Of a stretch of 64,000 nucleotides of DNA, positions 19,725-29,411 are shown one piece after another. A model generated the notes under the pieces. The model did not search any database, was not told the DNA's origin, and was given only the letters and a program-made list of their open reading frames with translations. This DNA is from an uncultured delta proteobacterium. Its GTDB lineage: Bacteria > Desulfobacterota > Binatia > Binatales > Binataceae. The DNA lies in NCBI GenBank assembly GCA_963842085.1, contig CAWJET010000002.1, forward strand, positions 160,001 through 224,000, given 5' to 3'. Numbering within the stretch: the first letter of the stretch is position 1; the number at the start of each line of letters is the position of its first letter. The translations under genes and the position numbers were made by a program.

Positions 19725-22471
19725 GCGGATGCTCCTGCGCCGGGATTCTGTTCGACCTGTTCGAGCAAGGCAGCGCGCAACTCGCGCATCCGATCGAGAT
19801 CCGTGATTTTTCCGCCCGCTTGATCGCTCACGTAAAAGACGTCGAGCGCCTGATCGGCGTTGGTCGAAATGCGCGCGAGGTGAATCCGCAGGCCCAGGCG
19901 GTAGAGCGTGTGGGTGATCGCGAACAGCAGGCCGACGCGGTCCTGGGTGAAAACGTCGATGACGGTGAACTGCTCGGAGGTGCGATTGTCCACGGTGACT
20001 TCGGTCGGCACATGGCGCACGAACTTGCGGCCGGCGCTCTGCACGTGATGCGCGGCAGCGACCAGCGCCGCGATATCCTGCCGGCCGGTGATGACGCGCT
20101 CGAGGTCGTGCTCGACCCGCAGCCAGCGGTCGTCTTCCAGCGCCATCGAGCCGGCGCCCATCTGATGCGAGACGCGAAACACGTCCATCGCGACGCCGTT
20201 GGTGCGCGTGGTGATGCGGGCTGACAGGATGTTGAGATTGTTGGCGGTCAGCGCGCCCGCGATCATCGAGAACAGTCCCTGTCGGTCGCGCGTGACGACG
20301 ATGAATTCGCTGAACTCCAGTTCGGGGAAATGCCTGATGCGGCAGACCAGCGGGCGGTCGGCGAGCGAGCGCATCAGGTCGAAGTGCAGGGGAATGTCGG
20401 CCTCGGGCACGGTGAAGAAGTAGCGATCGGGCATCTCGTCGAGGAACGCGGCAACATCCGCTTCAGGAGCCGCCGCGGCGAGCAGGGTTTCGCGGACGGC
20501 AGCCTTGACGGTCGCGAGCCGGCGCGCGGGATCGACGGCCTCGCGATCTCCCTGCTCGAGCACCTTGAGCGCGCGCATGTAGAGATCGCTCAGCAGCATG
20601 TCGCGCCAGTTGTTGTAGACCTTCGGCGCAACCGCGCGCATGTCGGCGTAGGTGAGCAGGTAGAGCGCCTTGAGCCGATCGATCGAGCCGGCGGTGCGGG
20701 CAAATTCCTCGACCGTGGTTTGATCGTCGAGGTCGCCCTTCTGCGCGACCTGCGACATCATTAGATGGTTGCGAACGAGGAACACGACCAGGTCGATCTC
20801 CTCGCTGTTGAGTCCGAGGCGCTGGGACACTTCCGCGGTCAGGCCGGCGCCGCGCTCATGGTGGTCGTGGCCGTGGCCCTTGCCGATGTCGTGGAGCAGC
20901 AGCGCAAGGAACACGAGCGGCAGATGGTCGAGTTCGCGCGCGACCTCGGTGAGCAGCGGTGTGGGCTCTTTGAACTCGCCCGTGCGCAGGCGTTCGAGCT
21001 CACGCACGGCAACCAGCGAATGCCGGTCGACGGTATAGATGTGGTAGAGGTCGTGCAGGACGCGCGCGTAGAGGTTGCCGAACTCGGGGATGATCGCGCC
21101 GAGCACGCCCGACAGATGCATCGCCTCGAGGGTTTCGGCGACGCGCTGGCGCGCTGACAGAATCGTCATCAGCGCTTGGGCGACGCGCGGGTCTTTGCGC
21201 ATGTCATCGTCGATCAATTCAAGATTGTCGCGCACCAGCTGGTAGGTGCTGCCCGAGAGACTGACGTTCTGCGCCTGGCAGTCCGCGTAGATCTTGATCA
21301 GCTCGAGCGGATCGCGCTTGAAAAAATCGAGCTCGGCAATGCTCAGCAGATTGCCTTGAACGATTACGCCGGGGCGAATTTTGCGGGTCGGCGTGCGGCG
21401 AAAAAATCGTCCGCTGGCACTGTTCTCGGTAACGCGCGCGATCAGCCCTTCGGCGAAACGATGGATCGTCGAGGCGTGCTGGTAGTACGCGCGCATCAAG
21501 GCCGAACCTGCGGCCTGTCCTTCCTCGGGCTTGAAGCCCAACATCGGCTCGATCCGTTCCTGCATCTCGAAGGTGATCTGATCGAAGTGGCGCCCGGTCA
21601 GGAAGTGCAGAGAATTGCGCACGCGCCAGAGAAAGTCGCGCGCCTCGATCACTTCGGCCGCTTCGGGCTCGGTGATGACGGCCTTCTGCACCAGCTCCTC
21701 GAGCGAATGGACCTTGTATTTGACCTTGGCCAGCCACATCGCGGTGTGAAGATCGCGCAGCCCGCCTTCGCCTTCCTTGATCTGAGGCTCGAGCAGGTAG
21801 ATCGAATCGCCATACTGGGCGTGGCGTTTGCGGCTTTCTTCGAGCTTGGTGGCGAAGAACCTGTCCTGGTTGCGATTTAGGACCTCGGCGATGAGCAGCT
21901 TGTCGAGCTCGGCGTAAAGCTTTTCGTCGCCGCACAGGAAGCGCGCGTCGAGGATCGCGGTTTTTTCCTTCAGGTCGTCGTTCGCCAGCCGCACACTGTC
22001 CTTGGCCGTGCGAACTCCGTGTCCGACGGTCAGGCCCGCGTCCCACAGCGCATGCAACATTATCTCGGTGACGATTTCGGCGTACGGGCCGCGCTTGTAG
22101 TCGTGCAGGAACAACAGGTCAACGTCGGATTGCGGATTCAGCTCGCCGCGTCCGTAGCCACCGCGCGCGACCACTGAAAGTTTCTGGTTGAGCTTGGGCG
22201 CGCGCCGGCCGTGTTCCGCGTCCGCGTAGTCGAAGAGCGCGCGCAGCAAATCGTCCATCGCCGACGTCATCGCGGCCACGATCTCGCTGCCGCTCGCGCC
22301 GGCGAAATGGCGCTCGGCAAGCTCGGCGCGAACGGATTCCAGATAGGCGCGCGCATTGACGCCGGGAGTCTTGCTCGCGACGAATTGCGCGAGCAGGGCG
22401 TCCCGGCCGCGCGGCGATGATACGGCAGCCGGAACAGGCGCGGCGCGATTCGCGCCCGTGACGAGACTCAC
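19721..22471 (-). CDS. glnD: PII uridylyltransferase GlnD
   Basis: GGYGRGEL.P.SDVDL, KEGEGGLRD, HIYTVD.H, HD motif LLHDIGK, two C-terminal ACT domains. GTG 22471 overlaps the upstream TGA. Confidence 0.96.
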   Translation of the reverse strand: MSLVTGANRAAPVPAAVSSPRGRDALLAQFVASKTPGVNARAYLESVRAELAERHFAGASGSEIVAAMTSAMDDLLRALFDYADAEHGRRAPKLNQKLSVVARGGYGRGELNPQSDVDLLFLHDYKRGPYAEIVTEIMLHALWDAGLTVGHGVRTAKDSVRLANDDLKEKTAILDARFLCGDEKLYAELDKLLIAEVLNRNQDRFFATKLEESRKRHAQYGDSIYLLEPQIKEGEGGLRDLHTAMWLAKVKYKVHSLEELVQKAVITEPEAAEVIEARDFLWRVRNSLHFLTGRHFDQITFEMQERIEPMLGFKPEEGQAAGSALMRAYYQHASTIHRFAEGLIARVTENSASGRFFRRTPTRKIRPGVIVQGNLLSIAELDFFKRDPLELIKIYADCQAQNVSLSGSTYQLVRDNLELIDDDMRKDPRVAQALMTILSARQRVAETLEAMHLSGVLGAIIPEFGNLYARVLHDLYHIYTVDRHSLVAVRELERLRTGEFKEPTPLLTEVARELDHLPLVFLALLLHDIGKGHGHDHHERGAGLTAEVSQRLGLNSEEIDLVVFLVRNHLMMSQVAQKGDLDDQTTVEEFARTAGSIDRLKALYLLTYADMRAVAPKVYNNWRDMLLSDLYMRALKVLEQGDREAVDPARRLATVKAAVRETLLAAAAPEADVAAFLDEMPDRYFFTVPEADIPLHFDLMRSLADRPLVCRIRHFPELEFSEFIVVTRDRQGLFSMIAGALTANNLNILSARITTRTNGVAMDVFRVSHQMGAGSMALEDDRWLRVEHDLERVITGRQDIAALVAAAHHVQSAGRKFVRHVPTEVTVDNRTSEQFTVIDVFTQDRVGLLFAITHTLYRLGLRIHLARISTNADQALDVFYVSDQAGGKITDLDRMRELRAALLEQVEQNPGAGASA

Positions 22472-23733
22472 AGATTTCCTACTGCGAGATCGGCGTTGAA
22501 GTAGTGCACGACGGCCGTGGCGATCGCGCCCGCCAGCAGGTCCTGGTATTGCGCCGACTCCAGCCGCGCGGCTTCGGCGGCGTTCGACATGAAGCCGCAT
22601 TCAACCAGCACCGCCGGCATATGCGCGCCGACCAGCACGTAGAATGGTCCCATCTTCGCTCCCAGCGCGTTCACGTTCAGTCCGAGTCCGGCATCGAGGT
22701 CGGCGACCGTCTGCGCGTCGATCATCCGGGCCAGCGAGGCCGCTTCTATCGCCTTATAGTTCTGGCGCAGGTCGGTCAGAATGTAGTTTAAGTTGGCGTC
22801 GTTCGGCGTGCCATAGCCGTCGGCGCCGCCGTTCTCCATCCGCGCCAGCCGAATCGTCGCGCGGTCGGTGGTGTTGTTCAGGTAATAGACTTCGATTCCG
22901 GTGGTGTCGTTGTTCGGACTCGAATTGAGGTGGATCGAAACGAACAGATCCGCGCCGGCCCGATTCGCGATTTGGGTGCGCTCGGCGAGGCTGATGAAAA
23001 CGTCGGTCGAGCGCGTGAGTTCGGCGCGGATGCCGCGGGCTTCCAGAGCGGCTTTCAGGCGCGTCGCGATCTGCAGCGCGAAGTCCTTCTCCATCGCGCC
23101 GGCCGACGATTGCGTGCCGGGGTCGTAGCCCCCGTGGCCCGGATCGATCATCACGAGAAAACGACCTGGCTGACGATTGTCTTCATTCAAGGCGATGGGT
23201 GCGGACGCGATCGGCGGTGCAGTAGAGACGGGACGCGGATTCTCCGCCGTGGCGAACGCGACAGGACGCGCGACGGATGGGGCAGGGCGCCGCGGTGCGT
23301 TGTGAACGATGATCGGTGCGGCGATATTCGGATCAGCGCCGGTCGCTGCGACCCGCAACACTATTTCGTTGCGGTCGCGAAGCCGCGCGATCGCGTAGTC
23401 CGATTTGCCGATCACCTCGACGACGACTCGCGAGCCGCTGTCCGACTGGATCGCGCGGACGCTTAAGATAGGCGCCGTCTCATAGCCGAACAACGGCCGC
23501 GGCGGAATCCCGATATGAGTTCGCCCAAGATCGATCCACAGTTCACTGCCATGCGTGCCGAGATTCAGCCGTGGAACAGATCCGGTGAATCCGAAATGGA
23601 TTTCGAGCGTCTGCCCGCGATGCTCGATTCGCGCGGAAGTCAGAATCGACCCGGGAACGCTGGCGCGAACGGGCGCAACAACAGCGCCGATCGTCGCCGT
23701 CACCACCGCAACCGCCATCAATCTCCGCATCAC
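22468..23733 (-). CDS. N-acetylmuramoyl-L-alanine amidase (Amidase_3, AmiC-like)
   Basis: Signal peptide, IDPGHGG.DPG, EK, FVSIHLN, VLVECGF. Confidence 0.93.
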   Translation of the reverse strand: MMRRLMAVAVVTATIGAVVAPVRASVPGSILTSARIEHRGQTLEIHFGFTGSVPRLNLGTHGSELWIDLGRTHIGIPPRPLFGYETAPILSVRAIQSDSGSRVVVEVIGKSDYAIARLRDRNEIVLRVAATGADPNIAAPIIVHNAPRRPAPSVARPVAFATAENPRPVSTAPPIASAPIALNEDNRQPGRFLVMIDPGHGGYDPGTQSSAGAMEKDFALQIATRLKAALEARGIRAELTRSTDVFISLAERTQIANRAGADLFVSIHLNSSPNNDTTGIEVYYLNNTTDRATIRLARMENGGADGYGTPNDANLNYILTDLRQNYKAIEAASLARMIDAQTVADLDAGLGLNVNALGAKMGPFYVLVGAHMPAVLVECGFMSNAAEAARLESAQYQDLLAGAIATAVVHYFNADLAVGNL

Positions 23734-23836
23734 CGCAAACTACCCACAGCATCCAAGGATAGCCGCCGTTTAGACCGATCGCCACGCCCCCTGGTCAGCG
23801 CGCTTGTTTCGTGTTTTGTTCTCCTGAACTGAAAAA

Positions 23837-23852
23837 CGTTTCACGTGAAACA
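23837..23852. promoter_or_regulatory. parS (ParB-binding centromere-like site)
   Basis: CGTTTCACGTGAAACA matches the consensus TGTTTCACGTGAAACA at 15/16. It is intergenic and flanked by AAAAA/TTTTT. Confidence 0.85.
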
Positions 23853-23934
23853 TTTTTGTGAAAAGCGCAGCCAACATAAGGCGTATTCGGCCACCTGCCT
23901 AAATTTTGATTGCCACCAGAGCGATCGGAGGCGC

Positions 23935-26511
23935 CTATTTCTCCTGCTTGAGGCGGGCGGCTAGGCGCGCCAAGGCGTTCAGCGCGTCCATCGGGGTCAT
24001 TCGCTCGACGTCGAGCGAGAGCAGTTCATCGATGACGCGTTCGTCCCGCGGCGAGAACAAACCAAGCTGAGGAGGCGGGGTCGTGGCGCGGCGGTCGCGG
24101 GCGATTCGCGGCATCCCGGCTTCGTCCAGTTCGCCCTGCTCGAGGTTGGCAAGAATTTCGCGCGCGCGGCTGATGATCGAATCGGGCAGGCCTGCCAGGC
24201 GCGCCACTTCGATGCCGTAACTTCGCGACGACGGCTGCTCGATAACGCGGCGCAGGAAAATCACCTCGTCGCCCCATTCGCGCACCGCCATGCTCAAATT
24301 CCTGACCCGCGGACGCTCGCGCGCGAGATCGGTCAGTTCGTGGAAGTGGGTTGCGAACAGCACCTTGGCGCGCGTCTGATCGTGCAGGTACTCGGCCACC
24401 GCCCACGCGATCGCGAGCCCGTCAAAGGTGCTGGTGCCGCGGCCGACCTCGTCGAGCAGCAGCAGGCTGCGCTCCGAAAGCCCCTCGAGCAGGCGCGCCG
24501 TCTCGCTCATCTCGACCATGAAGGTGGACTCGCCGCGACGAAGTTCGTCGCGCGCGCCGATTCGCGTCAGCACGCGATCGATTAGCCCGATGGTCGCCTC
24601 GGCGGCGGGAACGAAGCTGCCGATTTGCGCCATGATCGCAATCAGCGCGACCTGGCGCAGGTAGGTCGATTTGCCGGCCATGTTGGGTCCGGTGATCAGC
24701 AGGATTTGGCGCGTTTCGGGCTCCGCGTCGAGGTCGTTGGGCACGAACTCGCCCGAGCGCATCCCGGCTTCGAGCACCGGATGGCGTCCGTCGCGCACGC
24801 GAAACCGCAGGCCGGTGTTGATGGTTGGGCGCACATAGCCGCGATGCCGCGCGACTTTCGCCAGCGACATGATCGCGTCGAATTCGCCCACGGCGCGAGC
24901 GGTTTCGAGGATCGTGCCGGCGTGCGTCTGCAAGTCGCGCAGCAGCTTGGTGAAGATCTGGAGTTCGAGTTCCTTGAGCGCCGATTCCGCCGTCAGGATT
25001 TTGCGCTCGAGCTCCTTGAGCGCGGGCGTGGTGAAGCGCTCGGCGCTGATCAGCGTTTGCTTGCGCTCATAGTCGGCGGGCACGCGCTCGAGGTTGGGCT
25101 TGGTGACCTCGATGTAATAGCCGAAGATATTGTTGTAGCGGACCTTGAGCGACGGAATTCCAGTGCGCTCGCGCTCGGTCGCTTCCAGCTTTGCGATCAC
25201 GCCGCGCGCGCCCGACGCCAGGCTGCGCAACTCGTCGACCTCAGCGCTGAGCCCCGCGCGAATTACGTTACCGTCGCGCGGATTGACGGGAGGCTCGTCG
25301 GACAGCGTCGCCGCGATTTGCGCCACAATCGTGGGCATCGGCGACATCCGCGCGGCGTGCTCGCGGATAAGTGGACTCTTGAGCGCGCCCATCGCTTGCT
25401 TGAGTGAGTCCGCGGCGCGGAGCGCGTCGCCCAGGCGCAGACAGTCGCGCGGCGACGCGCGCATCGCGCCGATTCGTCCCGCGAGCCGCTCGAGATCGCC
25501 GATTCGCTTCAGGGATTCGGCGAGCGCGCCGCCCAGGTCCGCATCGAAGAGTTCTTCCACCGCGTCGTGGCGCACGCGGATCGCGTCGAGTGCGAGCAGC
25601 GGGTAGGTGATCCAGTTGGCGAGCGTGCGCGCGCCGACCGCGGTCAAGGTCTCGTCGAGGATGGAGAGCAACGAGCCCTTGCGGGCGCCGTCGGTCGAGG
25701 CGATCAGCTCGAGATGACGCCGCGTGGTCTCGTCCACCAGCATGTACTCGGCGATGCGGTAAAGACGCGGCGCCGCGATATGCGCGAGGTCGTGGCCGAA
25801 AGTGTCCTCGACATAGAGCAGCGCCATTCCCGCGGCATGCACGATCGATTCGTGGAGCTCCGCGGATGCCGTCGCGAAACGATTCGAGAATGCCGCCGTG
25901 GCGCGCTCGACGCTGAACGATTCGTGATCGAGCGTCGTCACGGGACAGTTCAAATCGCTCAGGAGTTTGCCCAACTCGCCGTCATTCCCGGCTACCACGA
26001 TTTCGCGCGGCGCGATTCGCGCGATTTCCTCGCGCAGTGCGGAGGCCTCGCGCGCCTGGGTGGCGAGAAATTCGCCGGTCGAGACGTCGAGCGCCACCAG
26101 CGCGAACCCGGTGGCTTCGGCGCCCGTGACAGCGACCAGGTAACTCTTCTCCGCCGCGGTCAGCACCATCTCTTCGCCGACGGTGCCGGGCGTGATCACG
26201 CGGACGATTTGCCGCGGCATCAGCTTGGGCGTCTTGGGGTCGGGCGTGCCTTGCTCGCAGATCGCGACTTTGTGGCCGGCCTTCAGCAGCTTGGCGATGT
26301 ACGGTTCCGCGGAATGGTAGGGCACGCCGCACAGCGGCACGCCGTCCTTGTTGCGCGAGGTGAGCTGGATGTCGAGCACGCGCGCGCCGACTTCGGCATC
26401 CTCGAAGAACATCTCGTAGAAGTCGCCGAGGCGGAAGAACAGGATCGCGTCGGGAACGCGCTGCTTGACGCTGAGGTATTGCGCGATGAGGGGTGTTTGC
26501 TTGACTGCCAC
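23935..26511 (-). CDS. mutS: DNA mismatch repair protein MutS
   Basis: TPLIAQY, FRLGDFYEMF, GPNMAGKSTYLRQ, GESTFMVEM, DEVGRGTST, ATHFHEL, SYGIEVA. Start approximately GTG 26511. Confidence 0.98.
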   Translation of the reverse strand: MAVKQTPLIAQYLSVKQRVPDAILFFRLGDFYEMFFEDAEVGARVLDIQLTSRNKDGVPLCGVPYHSAEPYIAKLLKAGHKVAICEQGTPDPKTPKLMPRQIVRVITPGTVGEEMVLTAAEKSYLVAVTGAEATGFALVALDVSTGEFLATQAREASALREEIARIAPREIVVAGNDGELGKLLSDLNCPVTTLDHESFSVERATAAFSNRFATASAELHESIVHAAGMALLYVEDTFGHDLAHIAAPRLYRIAEYMLVDETTRRHLELIASTDGARKGSLLSILDETLTAVGARTLANWITYPLLALDAIRVRHDAVEELFDADLGGALAESLKRIGDLERLAGRIGAMRASPRDCLRLGDALRAADSLKQAMGALKSPLIREHAARMSPMPTIVAQIAATLSDEPPVNPRDGNVIRAGLSAEVDELRSLASGARGVIAKLEATERERTGIPSLKVRYNNIFGYYIEVTKPNLERVPADYERKQTLISAERFTTPALKELERKILTAESALKELELQIFTKLLRDLQTHAGTILETARAVGEFDAIMSLAKVARHRGYVRPTINTGLRFRVRDGRHPVLEAGMRSGEFVPNDLDAEPETRQILLITGPNMAGKSTYLRQVALIAIMAQIGSFVPAAEATIGLIDRVLTRIGARDELRRGESTFMVEMSETARLLEGLSERSLLLLDEVGRGTSTFDGLAIAWAVAEYLHDQTRAKVLFATHFHELTDLARERPRVRNLSMAVREWGDEVIFLRRVIEQPSSRSYGIEVARLAGLPDSIISRAREILANLEQGELDEAGMPRIARDRRATTPPPQLGLFSPRDERVIDELLSLDVERMTPMDALNALARLAARLKQEK

Positions 26512-26749
26512 TGACGCGATTGCGAACCACAATAGCCGTGGCTGACGAAATGGGCAAAACAGCATGCGCGGCGCGTTGGTCGCGGGCGCAATAGCAAGAG
26601 GCGGGCAGCGGTTTTCGCTTTGCCGAATGCGTCTCGATTTACTAGAGTTCGAGTGTTAGTCAGGCCTTATACCGATCGCCTTGTCCGATTCCGCGGAGCA
26701 GCTTCGCGGCGGCGCATAGCGACACATCAGCGACAGGAGATTAGGAAAA

Positions 26750-28264
26750 ATGGCATCAGCATCAGCGTCATTGGAATCGGCGACTCGCGGCGCCAAGTCG
26801 AGCGCAGCGCTTGAGTTCCTCAAGAGCTCGCCCAAGAAACTTCTTATCAACGGCAAATGGGTGCCGTCGAAGTCAGGCAAAACATTCGAGACCCTCAACC
26901 CGGCCAACGAGCAGGTGCTGGCGCTCGTCGCCGAGGGCGACAAGGCCGACGTGGACGAGGCGGTCAAGCACGCGCGCAAGGCCTTCGAGGAAGGAAAATG
27001 GCCGACGCTGAGCCCGCATGCGCGCACGCACTTCCTGCTGAAGATCGCGGAGCTGATCGACAAGCATGCCGACGAGCTAGCCGAGCTCGAGACGCTCGAC
27101 AACGGCAAGCCGCTGTTCGAGTCCAAGAACATCGACATCCCCGGCGCGGCCGAGACCTTTCGCTACTACGCGGGCTTCGCCACCAAGATTTACGGCGAGA
27201 CCAACCCGTCGGATCCTTCGACGTTCAACTACACGCTGCGCGAGCCGGTCGGCGTGTGCGGACAGATCATCCCGTGGAATTTTCCGCTGCTGATGGCGTC
27301 GTGGAAGATTGCGCCGGCGCTTGCGTGCGGCAACGTCGTCATCCTGAAGCCTGCGGAGCAGACTCCGCTAACGGCGATTCGCCTCGGCGAGCTTATCTGC
27401 GAGGCCGGCCTGCCGGAAGGCGTCGTGCAAATCATCACGGGCTTCGGCCCCGGCGCGGGCAGCTCGATCGCGGAGCATCCCGATATCGACAAGGTCGCGT
27501 TCACCGGTTCGACCGAGGTCGGCAAGTTGATCCTGCAGGCGTCGACCGGCAACCTGAAGCGGGTATCGCTCGAGCTCGGCGGCAAGTCGCCCAACATCAT
27601 TTTCCCCGACGCTGACATGCCGGCGGCGGTGTTCGGCTCTGCGCTCGGCATCTTCATGAACCAGGGACAGGTCTGCTGCGCCGGCTCGCGCGTGTTCGTG
27701 CAAGAGAGCGTGTACGACCAGTTCACCGATTCGCTGTCGCAGATGGCCAAGGGCCTGACGCTCGGCAATCCGCTGGATCCGAACACCCGCATGGGTCCGC
27801 TGGTTTCCAAGGAGCAGCACGATCGCGTCAAGGGCTATCTGAAAGCCGGCAAGGCGGAGGGCGCCAAGGCCAAGACGGGCGGGGAACCGGGTAAGCAGGA
27901 GTCCGGCTACTTCATCGAGCCGACGGTTTTCACCGGCGTGAACAACCAGATGAAGATCGCGCGCGAGGAGATCTTCGGGCCGGTCGCGTCGGCGATCCCG
28001 TTCAAGGACGAGACCGATGTCGTCATTCAGGGCAATGACACGACGTACGGCTTGGCTGCCGGCGTATGGACCAAGGACATCAACCGTGCGCTCACGGTCG
28101 CGCGCAGGCTCAAGGCCGGCACGGTCTGGATCAACACCTACGGCATGATCGATCCGATGTCTCCGTTCGGCGGCTACAAGCAGTCGGGCTTCGGCCGCGA
28201 GCTGGGCAAGTACGCGATCGAGCTGTACACGCAGATCAAGTCGGTTTACGCGAAGATCGGCTAG
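26750..28264 (+). CDS. NAD-dependent aldehyde dehydrogenase
   Basis: IPWNFP, KPAEQTP, FTGSTEVG, LELGGKSP, GQVCCAG, EEIFGPV. Confidence 0.97.
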   Translation: MASASASLESATRGAKSSAALEFLKSSPKKLLINGKWVPSKSGKTFETLNPANEQVLALVAEGDKADVDEAVKHARKAFEEGKWPTLSPHARTHFLLKIAELIDKHADELAELETLDNGKPLFESKNIDIPGAAETFRYYAGFATKIYGETNPSDPSTFNYTLREPVGVCGQIIPWNFPLLMASWKIAPALACGNVVILKPAEQTPLTAIRLGELICEAGLPEGVVQIITGFGPGAGSSIAEHPDIDKVAFTGSTEVGKLILQASTGNLKRVSLELGGKSPNIIFPDADMPAAVFGSALGIFMNQGQVCCAGSRVFVQESVYDQFTDSLSQMAKGLTLGNPLDPNTRMGPLVSKEQHDRVKGYLKAGKAEGAKAKTGGEPGKQESGYFIEPTVFTGVNNQMKIAREEIFGPVASAIPFKDETDVVIQGNDTTYGLAAGVWTKDINRALTVARRLKAGTVWINTYGMIDPMSPFGGYKQSGFGRELGKYAIELYTQIKSVYAKIG

Positions 28265-28290
28265 TTTCGACAGCACTTCGACTCGCAGGC

Positions 28291-28320
28291 AAGGGCGTCC
28301 AACCGGGCGCCCTTTCTTTT
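28291..28320 (+). terminator. Intrinsic terminator after ALDH
   Basis: AAGGGCGTCC-AACC-GGGCGCCCTT followed by TCTTTT. Confidence 0.8.
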
Positions 28321-28580
28321 GCCAGCTCGTGGACCGATGCTCCGCGCTCCGGAGATATGTGAAAAAATCACGTTTGAAGGGCCTAAACATGTTTCGCTTT
28401 ACCCGTCGATTCCCTATTATTGGCGGCACTGAAACAACGGGTGGTTGATGGCATGCCGCACTTGATCGATTGCGGCGCACGTCTTACGGCGTGAAGACGA
28501 GCCGTCCTGGGGGACGGCAGTAAGTTGGGTGGTGTGAAATCGGCGTCGCCGGGAGTCCGACGGCGCGGCGGGGTTCACTG

Positions 28581-29345
28581 ATGGCGGCCGAGAAGAACGA
28601 CGATCCGATCGAGGCGATGATCTTGTCGCGAGCGTCTCGTCGCACGCATCCGGCGACCGACCCCGCAAGTCTGGTCGAGACCCCTGACGAACACCCGGCT
28701 GCCGAAGAGCAGCCTCCGGCAGAAAGGCCCCGGCCCGAACCACGCGAGCCTCAATCTCCTCCGCTGCGTCCGCCGCCGCATTCGGCACTCGCAGCGCGGC
28801 TTGAAGTTCGTCCGATAGGTACGCCGATGGGCTTGCGCGAGCTGGCCGCGCTCCACAAGCGAACCTGGAAGATGCTGAACGTGCAGGAAAAGAGGGTGCA
28901 CGTGCTGCTATGGCCGCTCGCGATCCATTTTGGCCTGTACGAGGTGAGCCCGGGGAGCGAGCGGCGCCGGCCACCGCTGATTGGCGCATTCTGGGCGCGA
29001 TGCCTGGCGGACGCGCCGCTGACGCTGGGCCATCTGTATCCCGCGCAGTTGTTCAAGGGGATGCTCGCCTCGGAAGTGTTCGAGTTCGGCGGGATGGTGA
29101 TCGACCCGAACTACCAGGGCAAGGGCCTGGTCAAGATGATGTCGGACACGGCGCGATTGTTTGTTTTCTCGCGCCGCCCCAAGCTGCTGATCACGAATCC
29201 GGTCGAGCCGCTTTACGAGATGTACAAACAGCTCGGGCTCAAAACGGTGGGCCGCGAGCCGGTCGAGCATCCGCATGCCTTCAACGTGAAGGTGTGGCTG
29301 ATGTACGGCAGATTCGACGAGATGTCGAAGCCATACTTCATGTAG
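28581..29345 (+). CDS. Hypothetical protein with C-terminal GNAT-like fold and Pro-rich N-terminus
   Basis: EFGGMVIDPNYQGKGL resembles GNAT motif A, with LYEMYKQLGL as motif B. The N-terminal ~70 aa is low-complexity. Confidence 0.65.
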   Translation: MAAEKNDDPIEAMILSRASRRTHPATDPASLVETPDEHPAAEEQPPAERPRPEPREPQSPPLRPPPHSALAARLEVRPIGTPMGLRELAALHKRTWKMLNVQEKRVHVLLWPLAIHFGLYEVSPGSERRRPPLIGAFWARCLADAPLTLGHLYPAQLFKGMLASEVFEFGGMVIDPNYQGKGLVKMMSDTARLFVFSRRPKLLITNPVEPLYEMYKQLGLKTVGREPVEHPHAFNVKVWLMYGRFDEMSKPYFM

Positions 29346-29391
29346 GATTTTACTACACCTACGATTTCGCCTTGTGCTCCGGTTTGCTGCC
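29343..29391 (+). repeat. Left direct repeat (att-like) of island
   Basis: TAGGATTTTACTACACCTACGATTTCGCCTTGTGCTCCGGTTTGCTGCC is 47/49 identical to 33615-33663. It is a detached copy of the SDR 3' end (KPEHKAKS*). Confidence 0.92.
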
Positions 29392-29411
29392 TGATGAGGC
29401 GGCAATCGCGC

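Noticed and set aside
28358-28372. CRP/FNR-like site TGTGA-AAAAA-TCACG
   Set aside because: The spacer is 5 nt rather than the required 6, and there is no other support.
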